A DNA stretch of 64,000 bases from Clostridia bacterium (lineage in GTDB: Bacteria > Bacillota > Clostridia > Oscillospirales > CAG-272). Location of the stretch: NCBI GenBank assembly GCA_017461055.1, contig JAFTZI010000005.1:2557-66556 (forward strand). The letters run 5' to 3'. How positions within the stretch are numbered: position 1 is the first letter of the stretch; each line of letters begins with the position of its first letter. Of the stretch, positions 37,232 through 47,398 are shown piece by piece. A program made the position numbers and the translations under genes. The notes beneath the pieces are model-generated. The model did not search any database. It was not told the DNA's origin and saw only the letters and a program-made list of their open reading frames with translations.

Positions 37232-39448
37232 TTATCTTGTACCAATCACTCTTGTTACTCTTATTACGTCTTTAATTCCTCTAATTCGATTAAGTATCGA
37301 ATTAAAATGCTCAATATCTCTGCAAGAAATAGTCATACTGATAATTGTTGTATCTTCTACGTTTTTCGTGTTAATTGATACTATGTCGACTCTTAGCTCC
37401 GAAAGTGCCATGGAAATTTCAGCAAGAATTGACATTCTGTTTGTAACTAAAATCTGAATTGATGAATCATATGCTGACTTATAAGAGCCGCTTGAAGGAG
37501 TATCCCATTCTGCCTTAACAAAACGTGTTGCGTTTTCTTCGTGAGAATAAGCATTTTTTACATTGGGGCAATCTGCTTTATGAATCGAAATGCCATATCC
37601 CTTTGTAATAAAGCCAATAATATGCTCTCCGGGTAAAGGATTGCAGCATTTAGCGAACTTAACAACGCAGCCATCTTCACCGTCAACAATAACACCACCG
37701 GTTGACTTTTTCTTTCGCTTGTTGGTGCTTGGCTCGACAAAGGAAAACGGTATTTCCTTTACCTCTTTGTCTTTATAGATTTTTTCGTATTCATCCTTAA
37801 TTTTCGTTGTTACCTTAGAAAGAGCTAATCCTCCATACCCAAGTGCATTGTAGAAATCATCAACATCATTCATATTAAAGCGCTTTGAAACACTGAGAAT
37901 TATACTGTTCATTTCTTCCTCTGTGCAATTACGCTTTATTCGCGAAAATTCTTTATCAATTATTGCCTTACCAACAACAATGTTTTCGGCTCTTTTTTCC
38001 TTCTTAAACCACTGTCTAATCTTATTACGCGCCTCACCGGTCTTTACAATGTTAAGCCAATCTCGGCTAGGTCCTTTTGAAACATTAGATGTAATAATTT
38101 CAACAATATCACCGTTTTTGGGCTCTGAATCAATTGGAGCTATTCTTCCGTTTATTTTAGCCCCAACCATTTTGTTACCGACACCTGTGTGTATAGTGTA
38201 AGCAAAGTCTATCAATGTAGCTCCCTTAGGCAGCGTAATTACATCGCCTTTTGGGGTAAAAACAAAGGTTTCATCGTGGAAAATATCAATTTTGAATGCG
38301 TGCATAAAGTCTTCAGCATCTATCGCTTCGTTCTCTATGTCAATAAGCTTAGAAATCCAATCAAGCTTATCATCAATTTCGCTACTTGATTTTTCTCCAC
38401 TCTTATATTTCCAATGCGCAGCAATGCCGTATTCGGCTATTTGGTGCATCTTTCTTGTTCTTATTTGAACTTCAAAGGGAATACCGTCTTTACCGATAAC
38501 CGTTGTATGTAATGACTGATACATATTAGGTTTAGGTGTTGAAATATAATCCTTAAATCTTCCAGGTACCGACTTGAACATCTCATGGATTAAACCAAGA
38601 ACAGTATAACACTCTAATTCAGTATCAACTATTATTCTAAGAGCGTAGAAGTCATAAATTTCATCAAAGCTCTTGTTTTGATTGTACATCTTACGATATA
38701 CACTATAAACGGTTTTTACACGACCGCCCAAACTAAAAACAATATTGGTTGATTTAAGCATCTCGGAAACCTGAAGCTTAATATTTTCGATAAAGTTTGC
38801 ATTTTCACCGTACTTCTCTTCAATATGGCTCTTTACCTCTTCATAACCGAACGGATCCAAATATTGAAGCGCATATGATTCAAGCTCCTGCTTAAGCTTT
38901 TGCATACCGAGCCTATGAGCAAGTGGCGCATAAACGTGCATTGTCTCAAGAGCTGTTGCTCTTCTTTTCGCATCCTTTTTAACGTATAGAGTACGCATAT
39001 TATGCACTCTGTCGCAAAGCTTAATAAAAATGACTCTTATATCCTTTGACATAGCAAGAAGCATTTTTCTGATGCTTTCAATTTGTGCTTCTTCCTTGTC
39101 CTCAATATTAATTGACTTGATCTTAGTAACACCGTCTACCAAAAGAGCTACATCAGAGCCGAAAAGTCTAGTTATTTCCGTTAAATCTGTCTTGTCGGGA
39201 CAATCCTCAACCGTATCGTGCAAAAAGGCTGCACAAATTGAGTCGGTATCTAAGCCCAATCCAGCGACGATTTCTGCCACATTAACAGGATGCATAATGT
39301 AAGGCTCACCACTTAATCTAACCTGACCCTCGTGCATTTCCTTAGCATATAAAAACGCCTGTTTAATTTTATCAACATCATAGCTTCTGCCGGTTTTACC
39401 TAATATCTCTAAAAGCGGCTTGATTTCTATATATTTTTCCTCTTCCAT
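37232..39448 (-). CDS. relA: Bifunctional (p)ppGpp synthetase/hydrolase, RelA/SpoT homologue
   Basis: HD domain HDTVEDC. Synthetase region YRSLHT-like (YQSLHT). TGS and ACT regions. 738 aa. Confidence 0.95.
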   Translation of the reverse strand: MEEEKYIEIKPLLEILGKTGRSYDVDKIKQAFLYAKEMHEGQVRLSGEPYIMHPVNVAEIVAGLGLDTDSICAAFLHDTVEDCPDKTDLTEITRLFGSDVALLVDGVTKIKSINIEDKEEAQIESIRKMLLAMSKDIRVIFIKLCDRVHNMRTLYVKKDAKRRATALETMHVYAPLAHRLGMQKLKQELESYALQYLDPFGYEEVKSHIEEKYGENANFIENIKLQVSEMLKSTNIVFSLGGRVKTVYSVYRKMYNQNKSFDEIYDFYALRIIVDTELECYTVLGLIHEMFKSVPGRFKDYISTPKPNMYQSLHTTVIGKDGIPFEVQIRTRKMHQIAEYGIAAHWKYKSGEKSSSEIDDKLDWISKLIDIENEAIDAEDFMHAFKIDIFHDETFVFTPKGDVITLPKGATLIDFAYTIHTGVGNKMVGAKINGRIAPIDSEPKNGDIVEIITSNVSKGPSRDWLNIVKTGEARNKIRQWFKKEKRAENIVVGKAIIDKEFSRIKRNCTEEEMNSIILSVSKRFNMNDVDDFYNALGYGGLALSKVTTKIKDEYEKIYKDKEVKEIPFSFVEPSTNKRKKKSTGGVIVDGEDGCVVKFAKCCNPLPGEHIIGFITKGYGISIHKADCPNVKNAYSHEENATRFVKAEWDTPSSGSYKSAYDSSIQILVTNRMSILAEISMALSELRVDIVSINTKNVEDTTIISMTISCRDIEHFNSILNRIRGIKDVIRVTRVIGTR

Positions 39449-39458
39449 GTCACTTCAC

Positions 39459-41630
39459 CTACTTTTTTGGGTACATAGATTTAAGTTTTTTTAGTATGTT
39501 AGATTTTTCAAGATTAGTTTTATTCTTAGCAAAGCCGATATGAAACGCAAAGGTTACATCATCAAGCTCTTCTATGTTAATTATATTAAGCTCTCTGAAA
39601 ATCTTAATAATGAACTTTAGCTTAACGTAGTTAATACTCGAACTTGGCTCTTGTCTTAATATATCGGTTAATAGTCTTGAAATTCTATAAGTTTCCTTGC
39701 CCATTCTTGCACTTGATAACAAGAGGCTATATACTTTGACAAAGTCATCTCTTGAAGGAATGATGTACTCGGGAGCAAGTAAGGATTCGCCGTTCTTAGC
39801 GCTTTCATACGCCTGTTCATTAACAAGCTCAAAATGAATATTCCTTTCGCTTGGTCTTATGTCCTTTATGCTGATTTGAACACTTGAAACACCGTTAAAT
39901 TCATTGATGTCAAGATTAAACGCTAAATCCACCTCATCACCAACAGAAAAACCAAACTCTTGCGGAGTAGTAGAAAAAAGCATTGCAGTAAAGACATAAC
40001 CGTCCTTCACTATACTCAGCTTTAAATGTCTGTTCAAGCCAACGGGCGTAATTTCACTTAGCAGTGTGTTTCTCAGTGCAAAGACAGGAGTTGGATTAGA
40101 AACGCCATACGGCTCTAAGCAACAAAGCTCTTCAGCAAAAGCGATGTTAATATCGCTTGTGTCAAGCTCGTAATCTATTTCCAAAATTTGCTCAGGCTCT
40201 GAGCCTGCAAAGCACTTTTTGGCATATGCTTCCATTCTGGATCTGAACTCATCCAAATTTTTTCTTTTTATACTCAACCCGGCTGCAAGCTCATGTCCAC
40301 CGAATTTTTCAAGCAAATCATCGCACTCGGATAAAGCGTTAACCAAATTCATACCACTAACGCTTCTTCCTGAGCCTTTTCCCATAGCTTCCATATCATT
40401 AGGATCATCGTTTCCCTCGAAGGAAATAAGTATGGATGGCACTCCATATCTATCGGAAACCCTTGATGCCACTATTCCTATTACACCGTGGTGCCAATCA
40501 CACTCATCAAGAACTATTACACTTTTGTCGGAATAGCCTCTGCTTTCTACAAGCTCATATGCCTCCTCGGCAATTTTATTCTCGGTGGCTTGTCTTTCGC
40601 GGTTAATTTCACAAAGCTGCAATGAATAATCATTAGCCTTTTTTTCATCCCTTGCCAAAAACATATCAACAGCTATGGATGCTGAGCTAATTCTGCCGGC
40701 GGCATTAATACGCGGGGCTAATGTAAATCCGACAAAGCCGGATGAAAGCTTTTTCTTCTGCTTGTATTTAGATGTAGTCTTTCCTTCTCCGTTTCTACAA
40801 TTGTTTATCAAAGCCGCTAATCCGATTTTATCAGTATTCTCAGCCCTGTTCAAGCCCAAAGAAATAAGTATTCGGTTTTCGTCAACAACAGGCATAACAT
40901 CGGCAATAGTTCCAATGGCTGTTAAATCGGAATATTCATAAGCTACGCTTCTTACAGCATCAATCAGCTCGCATTTTTTAAGCTTATTTTCTATGGCACA
41001 TAACAGTTTAAATGCAACACCAACTCCTGATAAGCTTGGAAACGGATATGTAGTATCGTGTCTTTTTGGATTGATCACAGCTATCGCACGCGGCAATGTG
41101 TCAGTACACTCATGATGGTCAGTAATAACCATATCTACGCCTAAAGAAGACGCATATTCGGTCTCAGAAATAGCAGTGACACCTGTATCAACAGTAATAA
41201 TTAGTTTAGTGCCATTACTGTGAATTTTATCAATAGCACCGCAAGATACACCGTAACCCTCACCTTTTCTGCAAGGAATATAATAATCAACGATAGCTCC
41301 TGCTTTTTCAAGATACAAGTAAAGAATGCTGACAGATGTTACACCATCAACATCATAGTCACCGTAAACGGTAATTTTTTCTTTGTTATTTATAGCCGAG
41401 ATTATTCTGTCAGATGCAATATCCATATCATTTAATAGAAATGGATCGTGTAAAATCTCTTGACTTTTTTTAATAAATGCTTCTGCTTTTTCAACAGAAT
41501 CATATCCTCTGTTAACCAAAATCGCAGATAATGGTAATGAAACACCAAGTCCACATGATATATCGTTAACAAGGCTTTCATTTTGCGAGAAGCCCTTTAC
41601 GTTCCACTTTTTGTTTAGAGTATTAATCAT
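39459..41630 (-). CDS. recJ: Single-stranded-DNA-specific exonuclease RecJ
   Basis: DHH motifs GDYDVDGVTS, DTGV and VITDHH. DHHA1 motif GGHELAAG. Confidence 0.93.
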   Translation of the reverse strand: MINTLNKKWNVKGFSQNESLVNDISCGLGVSLPLSAILVNRGYDSVEKAEAFIKKSQEILHDPFLLNDMDIASDRIISAINNKEKITVYGDYDVDGVTSVSILYLYLEKAGAIVDYYIPCRKGEGYGVSCGAIDKIHSNGTKLIITVDTGVTAISETEYASSLGVDMVITDHHECTDTLPRAIAVINPKRHDTTYPFPSLSGVGVAFKLLCAIENKLKKCELIDAVRSVAYEYSDLTAIGTIADVMPVVDENRILISLGLNRAENTDKIGLAALINNCRNGEGKTTSKYKQKKKLSSGFVGFTLAPRINAAGRISSASIAVDMFLARDEKKANDYSLQLCEINRERQATENKIAEEAYELVESRGYSDKSVIVLDECDWHHGVIGIVASRVSDRYGVPSILISFEGNDDPNDMEAMGKGSGRSVSGMNLVNALSECDDLLEKFGGHELAAGLSIKRKNLDEFRSRMEAYAKKCFAGSEPEQILEIDYELDTSDINIAFAEELCCLEPYGVSNPTPVFALRNTLLSEITPVGLNRHLKLSIVKDGYVFTAMLFSTTPQEFGFSVGDEVDLAFNLDINEFNGVSSVQISIKDIRPSERNIHFELVNEQAYESAKNGESLLAPEYIIPSRDDFVKVYSLLLSSARMGKETYRISRLLTDILRQEPSSSINYVKLKFIIKIFRELNIINIEELDDVTFAFHIGFAKNKTNLEKSNILKKLKSMYPKK

Positions 41631-43200
41631 ATTTTCCTTTATTCAAAATTGATAATGCTATATTAATGCCATCAATGGCGGCACTCATTATTCCGCCGGC
41701 ATAGCCTGCACCTTCTCCACCGGGATAGACATTTTTGTCGTTCAGCATGTTATATCCCTCGGTTCTAAGAATTCGTATAGGAGCTGAGGTTCTTGTTTCT
41801 ACACCGGTCAATATTGCATCATTAGCATTAAAACCTTTTATTTTTTTACCGAATTTTTCAAAGCCAAGCTTTAAATAATCACTAACTAAGCTTGGAAGCA
41901 CCTTGTTTAAGTCACAAAGCTCTGTATAGCCATTCATATATGTTGGCAAAATCCTGCTTGGCTCACTTTTCACTTCTCCCCTGTAAAAATCACCAAGAGT
42001 TTGAACAGGCGCTCTATAAGTTTTACCGGTCAAAGCAAAAGCCTTTTTTTCAAGATTTTTCTGAAAAGCTATTGCATCTTTTGGAGTGTTACCATAATCC
42101 TCACGATTAATTTGAACTGCTATTGCAGAGTTTGAGTTAATGCCGTTACGTGAGTGGTGACTCATACCATTAACTACTATGGACTCCTCTTCGCTTTGTG
42201 CAGCTACCACCTCTCCACCCGGACACATACAGAAGGAATAAACTCCTCTATCCCTTTCTCTGTACGAAACATTGTAGCTTGCTGCCCCTAATCTTGGATC
42301 ATTGGCACTTTCGCCATACATAGCTTCATTAATATCAGCCTGCAAATGCTCAACTCTTACGCCAACAGAAAAGGGTTTAGGCTCAATAGCAACTCCTCTT
42401 GAAAGCAAATAATCATATGTGTCTCTTGCACTGTGTCCAATAGCTAATATAAGAGAGGAATACGCAAAATTACCGTTATTTGTAACAGCTATTCCGTTTT
42501 CATATGATATAAGCTGTGTGTTATAATGTATTTCTCCACCCAGGCGCTCTATTTCACTTGCAATGTTCTTAATAACATTTCTTAACAAATCCGTTCCTAT
42601 GTGAGGCTTAGCATTATACATAATGTCATTTGGAGCACCAAACTCACATAAGGTTTTTAACACAAAAGCACATTTGGGATCATTAATTCCGGTAGTTAAC
42701 TTTCCGTCAGAAAATGTTCCTGCACCGCCTGCACCAAACTGAATATTAGTTTGCGATGACAACACTTTAGTTTTATAAAATTCATCTATTGCCTTTACTC
42801 TTGCATCAACATCTCCGCCACGTTCCAAAACAATAGGGTTAAGACCTGCTCTTGCAAGCCCTAAGGCACAGAACATTCCGCAAGGTCCGAAGCCAACAAC
42901 TACGGGAGGATTTTGAGGTTTTTTTCCTTTTACGGAAAACTCAACCTTTTCTTCGTTGAATAGCTTAATACCAAATTTGCTAAAATCAATTTCTTTTCCC
43001 TTGCTTTCAACCTCGGCACATACAGAACAAACAAATTTTATACTCGGCTTGTGTCTTGCATCAATAGACCTTTTATAAATATAAATTTCACCGGAAATTG
43101 AAAGGGCACGCGTCTTTTTAATACGTGCCCTTGCAATATCAAATATTTCTTCATCTAATGCAGTTGATGGTACTATTATTTGTTCAACTAATATTTTCAT
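41623..43200 (-). CDS. COG2509-type FAD-dependent oxidoreductase-like protein
   Basis: VVGFGPCGMF dinucleotide-binding motif and GAGGAGTFSDGKL. 525 aa. Confidence 0.8.
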   Translation of the reverse strand: MKILVEQIIVPSTALDEEIFDIARARIKKTRALSISGEIYIYKRSIDARHKPSIKFVCSVCAEVESKGKEIDFSKFGIKLFNEEKVEFSVKGKKPQNPPVVVGFGPCGMFCALGLARAGLNPIVLERGGDVDARVKAIDEFYKTKVLSSQTNIQFGAGGAGTFSDGKLTTGINDPKCAFVLKTLCEFGAPNDIMYNAKPHIGTDLLRNVIKNIASEIERLGGEIHYNTQLISYENGIAVTNNGNFAYSSLILAIGHSARDTYDYLLSRGVAIEPKPFSVGVRVEHLQADINEAMYGESANDPRLGAASYNVSYRERDRGVYSFCMCPGGEVVAAQSEEESIVVNGMSHHSRNGINSNSAIAVQINREDYGNTPKDAIAFQKNLEKKAFALTGKTYRAPVQTLGDFYRGEVKSEPSRILPTYMNGYTELCDLNKVLPSLVSDYLKLGFEKFGKKIKGFNANDAILTGVETRTSAPIRILRTEGYNMLNDKNVYPGGEGAGYAGGIMSAAIDGINIALSILNKGKYD

Positions 43201-43643
43201 TTTGCAGCCTTAACGTGAACATTTACCTTTATCAATTGGGGATTTTTCACCTCAACTGAAATATCGTCATCAACATATACCTTATGCGCCATAACCGTAT
43301 AATCGCCGCTTTTTTCGATTTTTTCAGCATCAATCTCTACGATTATATCATTTTTTTCAACATCCACTAATTGACTGTTAGTTCCTGTTAAAACAACGCT
43401 TACATTATCAGCAGTAATATTAAATTGTTCGGTAGCATTAACAATATTAACTTGAATATCATTAAATTCCTTATCAATCTTTGTTTCGTCAGTTTCGGTA
43501 ACATATAACCACAGGGTCACCGATAGGAGCAAGGAAATTATGATAGTAATTATTCTTCCAGCCTTGCTTTTTTGAGGAGGCTCCTCCTCAATTAAGTTCA
43601 TATTGGAAATATCTATTTCAGTAGTTTTAGTAAACTTATCCAT
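43197..43643 (-). CDS. Short membrane-anchored YbbR-domain protein (CdaR-like)
   Basis: One TM segment and one YbbR-like beta-rich domain. Directly downstream of cdaA. Only 148 aa. Confidence 0.55.
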   Translation of the reverse strand: MDKFTKTTEIDISNMNLIEEEPPQKSKAGRIITIIISLLLSVTLWLYVTETDETKIDKEFNDIQVNIVNATEQFNITADNVSVVLTGTNSQLVDVEKNDIIVEIDAEKIEKSGDYTVMAHKVYVDDDISVEVKNPQLIKVNVHVKAAK

Positions 43644-43651
43644 ATTTCTCC

Positions 43652-44488
43652 TTAATCTGAGTTCTTAGAATTAAATTTAACCTTTTTCTTGGAATCACTT
43701 GAACCGTTAATTAAATATTCCTGTAAAGTGTTCTTCATAGATGTCTTAGTGAAGTTTCTGTAAATGTTTCCTTCATGCGCTATAGAAACAATTCCTGTTT
43801 CCTCAGAAACAACAACAGCAACACAGTCGCTGATTTCACTGATGCCTATAGCTGCTCTATGTCTTGTACCAAGATCTCTAAACAAGTCTCTGTCAGGCTC
43901 AAGAGGTAAAATACAAGCAGCAGAATGGATACGATTATTTCTTATAATAACAGCTCCATCGTGTAATGGCGCCTTATTAAAGAAGATACTTTTTAAAAGG
44001 TTGCCGCTAAATTGAGCATTAACAACTGTGCCTGTTAAGATAATATCGCCAAGCTTGGTATTTCTTTCAAAAACAATTAATGCTCCTGTTTTTGTTTTTG
44101 CAAGATCGAAAACAGCCTCGGTAAATTCTTCAATTAAAGCACCCGTCAATGTTCCGTTTCTCTCGCTAATATTCTTAATACCCTTAATAGAGGTACCTCC
44201 AACCTTTTCAAGAGCAGAACGAAGCTCGGGCTGGAATATAATTGCTATTATAAGAATTCCGGACCTAAAAAGGTTATTAAAAATGAATTGCATTGCATGT
44301 AGATTCAACGCCTCGCAAATAATTAAAGAAACAAACAGCAAGCCGACACCAAGCGCAAGCTTACCAGCGCGTCTTTCCTTAATAAACTGATAAACACTGA
44401 AAATTACAATTGTAAGACAAGCTATATCTAAAAAATCAAAAAAATCAAAGACAGTGAAGAGTCTTAATATATGCTTTAACCACTCCAT
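43652..44488 (-). CDS. cdaA: Diadenylate cyclase CdaA
   Basis: Three N-terminal TM segments. DAC motifs DGAVII and RHRAAIGISE. Confidence 0.93.
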   Translation of the reverse strand: MEWLKHILRLFTVFDFFDFLDIACLTIVIFSVYQFIKERRAGKLALGVGLLFVSLIICEALNLHAMQFIFNNLFRSGILIIAIIFQPELRSALEKVGGTSIKGIKNISERNGTLTGALIEEFTEAVFDLAKTKTGALIVFERNTKLGDIILTGTVVNAQFSGNLLKSIFFNKAPLHDGAVIIRNNRIHSAACILPLEPDRDLFRDLGTRHRAAIGISEISDCVAVVVSEETGIVSIAHEGNIYRNFTKTSMKNTLQEYLINGSSDSKKKVKFNSKNSD

Positions 44489-44541
44489 ATGAATGCTCCT
44501 TAAAAATTTAACAGAAAATCACTAAATTGTGATACAGATTT

Positions 44542-44570
44542 AGTATATCACACATTTTTAATCTTGCCAA
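44542..44570 (-). promoter_or_regulatory. Sigma-A-type promoter of cdaA
   Basis: Minus strand: TTGGCA (44570-44565), 17-nt spacer, TATACT (44547-44542). Confidence 0.45.
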
Positions 44571-44653
44571 GAGTTTTTTATTTATTTTTAAATAAATAAT
44601 TGAAAAAACAGTCTTTTTTTCAAAGGCTACAAAAATTAAAGCCGAATTTTATG

Positions 44654-45346
44654 TTAAATCAGCTTAATTCCGCCAAAATCGAACACTCCCCCAAGGGAAA
44701 TTTGCACAACATTAAAATTCAAGCTCGAAATCAAGCTTTTAATTTTTTTATAATCCACAAGCTTGTTAAGTTCGCCGAAAATGTAAATTTTATTACCGCA
44801 CACACCTGTTGCACCACCAATAAAACCGCAATTATAGCCTTTCAATTCTATGTTACTATTATCTATAAGCAATACATTTTTACCTATTTTCCTCATTGCA
44901 TTAAAAACTGACGCATCTGATGTTATTGCGTCATTTTCGTCAAGTACGAGTGTTGAACAAGCAGAATAGCCCTGTTTTACATTTTGAACCATATATCCGT
45001 GTGCATCGGCATACTCTAATATTTCTTTTGCAACATATTTTTTATTGCAAAAAATGGTTTTTCCCATAACTAAAGCATTTAAGGAAACATCATAAGGGTA
45101 CTCTTTTTTGCACGCTGCCGAAACAAAACACACATTATAATCTAAGTCTTTTAAAATGTCAAAAATATGGTTGCATTTTACATAATCTTCATAACAAAAA
45201 ATAGTGTTATCTAATATACAAAACAGCATATCTGCATGCGAGGACACAGGAGTGTCAAGCTTATAATAAGAAGGTAGTGGAATAACCTTTATGCCCGTTT
45301 TCAGCTCAAATTCATTTGCAATTTCGCTACTAATAAGCGCCTTCAT
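44654..45346 (-). CDS. Conserved hypothetical protein (possibly a DUF6873-like fold)
   Basis: 230 aa. AAGGAG RBS. SSHADMLF motif. Family assignment is from memory only. Confidence 0.4.
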   Translation of the reverse strand: MKALISSEIANEFELKTGIKVIPLPSYYKLDTPVSSHADMLFCILDNTIFCYEDYVKCNHIFDILKDLDYNVCFVSAACKKEYPYDVSLNALVMGKTIFCNKKYVAKEILEYADAHGYMVQNVKQGYSACSTLVLDENDAITSDASVFNAMRKIGKNVLLIDNSNIELKGYNCGFIGGATGVCGNKIYIFGELNKLVDYKKIKSLISSLNFNVVQISLGGVFDFGGIKLI

Positions 45347-45407
45347 AGCTTCTCCTTAATAATATGAAAAAAGACCGTTAATTTTAACGGTCTTGGTTTT
45401 CAAAAGA

Positions 45408-45596
45408 TTAGATAGCACGGGTAACCTTGCCTGAACGAAGACAACGAGAACATACATTAACTGTCTTGTTTGTGCCGTTAACTACCGCTTTAACTTTTCT
45501 GATGTTTGGTTTCCAAACTCTGTTTGTTTTGCGATTTGAGTGAGAAACGTTGTGTCCGAAAGAAACACCCTTTCCACATACTGAACAAATAGCCAT
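45408..45596 (-). CDS. rpmB: 50S ribosomal protein L28
   Basis: MAICSVCGKGVSFGHNVSHSNRKTNRVWKPN. Confidence 0.95.
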   Translation of the reverse strand: MAICSVCGKGVSFGHNVSHSNRKTNRVWKPNIRKVKAVVNGTNKTVNVCSRCLRSGKVTRAI

Positions 45597-45697
45597 CCTT
45601 TACACCTCCGTTTAAGTAGATATAGTTACTACCAAAATTCACGTTTTGTATTATAGCATAGTATTTTTTTAATTGCAATAGCAAAAGTAAAATTTTT

Positions 45698-47293
45698 TTA
45701 TTTTTTTCTAATTTTTTTCATTATATGCTCATAAGATATACCGTATTTGTCGGCAATATCCTTAGCATAGCTCTTACCATCGGGTTTTTGACGAATAATT
45801 TTAAAGCTTCTCTGCCCTTCCTCAATACCGGCAACAAGAGTGTCGATTTTTGCACCGCCGTTTTTTTGGCATCTTTCGTTAATATCATCTATCATAGCGG
45901 AAAGCTCATGTAAGTGAGTGGAAAAAATGCCTCTGCATCCTACCATAGATATACCGCTTAGAATTTCTGATGCTATGTAAGAAGCCTCGTATGAGCCGGT
46001 AGAGGACAAGGACTCATCAAGTAAGACTAAGCTATGTTCGGTTACATAGTCAAATATCTCGTCAAGTCTTGCACACTCTTCTCCTAAACGACCTTTATCA
46101 ATTGTGTCGTCTGCGCCGGATGGGAAATGTGTGTAAATACCGTCAACAGGGCTGATAATTGCGCTTTCACAGGGCACGCACAAGCCAAGCTGACAAAGCG
46201 CAAAGGTCAAACCAACAGCACAGGTAATTACCGATTTTCCTCCACGGTTTGGACCTGATAAAACATAAAAGACGCCATCATCATCAAAAGCAAAGTCATT
46301 TTGTATCATTTGCTCCTCGACTCTTGTTGCAACTGCCGGATTATAAATACCCTTAACATCAAAGACCTTATTTTCCATAGGCATAATTACAGGATAGCAC
46401 ATTGGATTAGCTTCGGTAAGCAATTTAATTAACTCAACACCCTTAACTAAAAATTCAATTTCCGGCATAAGCTTAATAAGAAAATCCGCATTTTCAAGAA
46501 TATAGGTATGCACAACACTTTTCCAAGAGCGCATTGATGATTTAAATACAGTATTCAGAGCATTATTAAACGCGTTAGATAATGCGCTTTGCTGATTATC
46601 AGATTGTCCTTTTTTAAATGGGACAAGTGATGCTATACAAGTATATTCATTGCTTTTAAAATCAAGCCTTAAGATCTTTTGTAACAGTTCACCCGACTTA
46701 AAATACTCGTTATTTACGCTCAACACACCTGCTGACTCAGGGTGCAGCCTACCGTCAAGGTTTACGCCGATAGTGACGCTTTTAACCTCTCTTACTCTTG
46801 ATGTCAGCTCTTTTAAGCGTTGATTTAGCTCATTATAGTAGTCACTTTCTGTTAGTTCAATTACCAAATTGGCAAGCTCATTAAATGCCTTGCTCTTAAG
46901 GGTTGACATTAGCGGCTTCAAGCCATCATACAAAAGCTCCAAGCAAGATACATAAAGCTCTATTTCAGTTATGCTATATAGGTATGTATCAGAGGTTTCA
47001 TTATCAATAGTCAGACGACGGAGCTCGGAAATGTCGCTTAAAATGGGATTTACCTTAATCAGAAGCTTACATAGCTCATCATTTTCAAGCAAGTCCTTGA
47101 AAACCTCTTGTCTATATTCAATAACAGCCTTATCTGTTGTAAAAAAATCGCAAAGACGGCTGTTTTTCAAATTCAAAATTGAATTCAGACCTAATTCTTC
47201 CAAGACCTCGTCAGATATATTAGGGTTACCCTGACAATTATTCTCTTGCATTTGCGGATCAGGGTAAATTAAGCTAATTTCTCTTTTTTGCAT
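45698..47293 (-). CDS. MutS-related ABC-type ATPase lacking mismatch-binding and Smr domains
   Basis: Walker A GPNRGGKS, LLDESLSSTG, STHLHEL. 531 aa. Confidence 0.8.
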   Translation of the reverse strand: MQKREISLIYPDPQMQENNCQGNPNISDEVLEELGLNSILNLKNSRLCDFFTTDKAVIEYRQEVFKDLLENDELCKLLIKVNPILSDISELRRLTIDNETSDTYLYSITEIELYVSCLELLYDGLKPLMSTLKSKAFNELANLVIELTESDYYNELNQRLKELTSRVREVKSVTIGVNLDGRLHPESAGVLSVNNEYFKSGELLQKILRLDFKSNEYTCIASLVPFKKGQSDNQQSALSNAFNNALNTVFKSSMRSWKSVVHTYILENADFLIKLMPEIEFLVKGVELIKLLTEANPMCYPVIMPMENKVFDVKGIYNPAVATRVEEQMIQNDFAFDDDGVFYVLSGPNRGGKSVITCAVGLTFALCQLGLCVPCESAIISPVDGIYTHFPSGADDTIDKGRLGEECARLDEIFDYVTEHSLVLLDESLSSTGSYEASYIASEILSGISMVGCRGIFSTHLHELSAMIDDINERCQKNGGAKIDTLVAGIEEGQRSFKIIRQKPDGKSYAKDIADKYGISYEHIMKKIRKK

Positions 47294-47398
47294 TTTTCCT
47301 CCTAATATGAATGAATACGTTATTATAATAACATAAAATTGTTGATTTGAAAAGTAGAATTTGTTAAATAAATTAAAAAGCCGTTAAAAAACGACTTT

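Noticed and set aside
44028-44390. 120-aa plus-strand ORF (and 43764-44015)
   Set aside because: Antisense to cdaA.
44600-44911. 103-aa plus-strand ORF
   Set aside because: It overlaps the better-supported minus-strand 230-aa gene, which has an AAGGAG RBS. Its composition is implausible.
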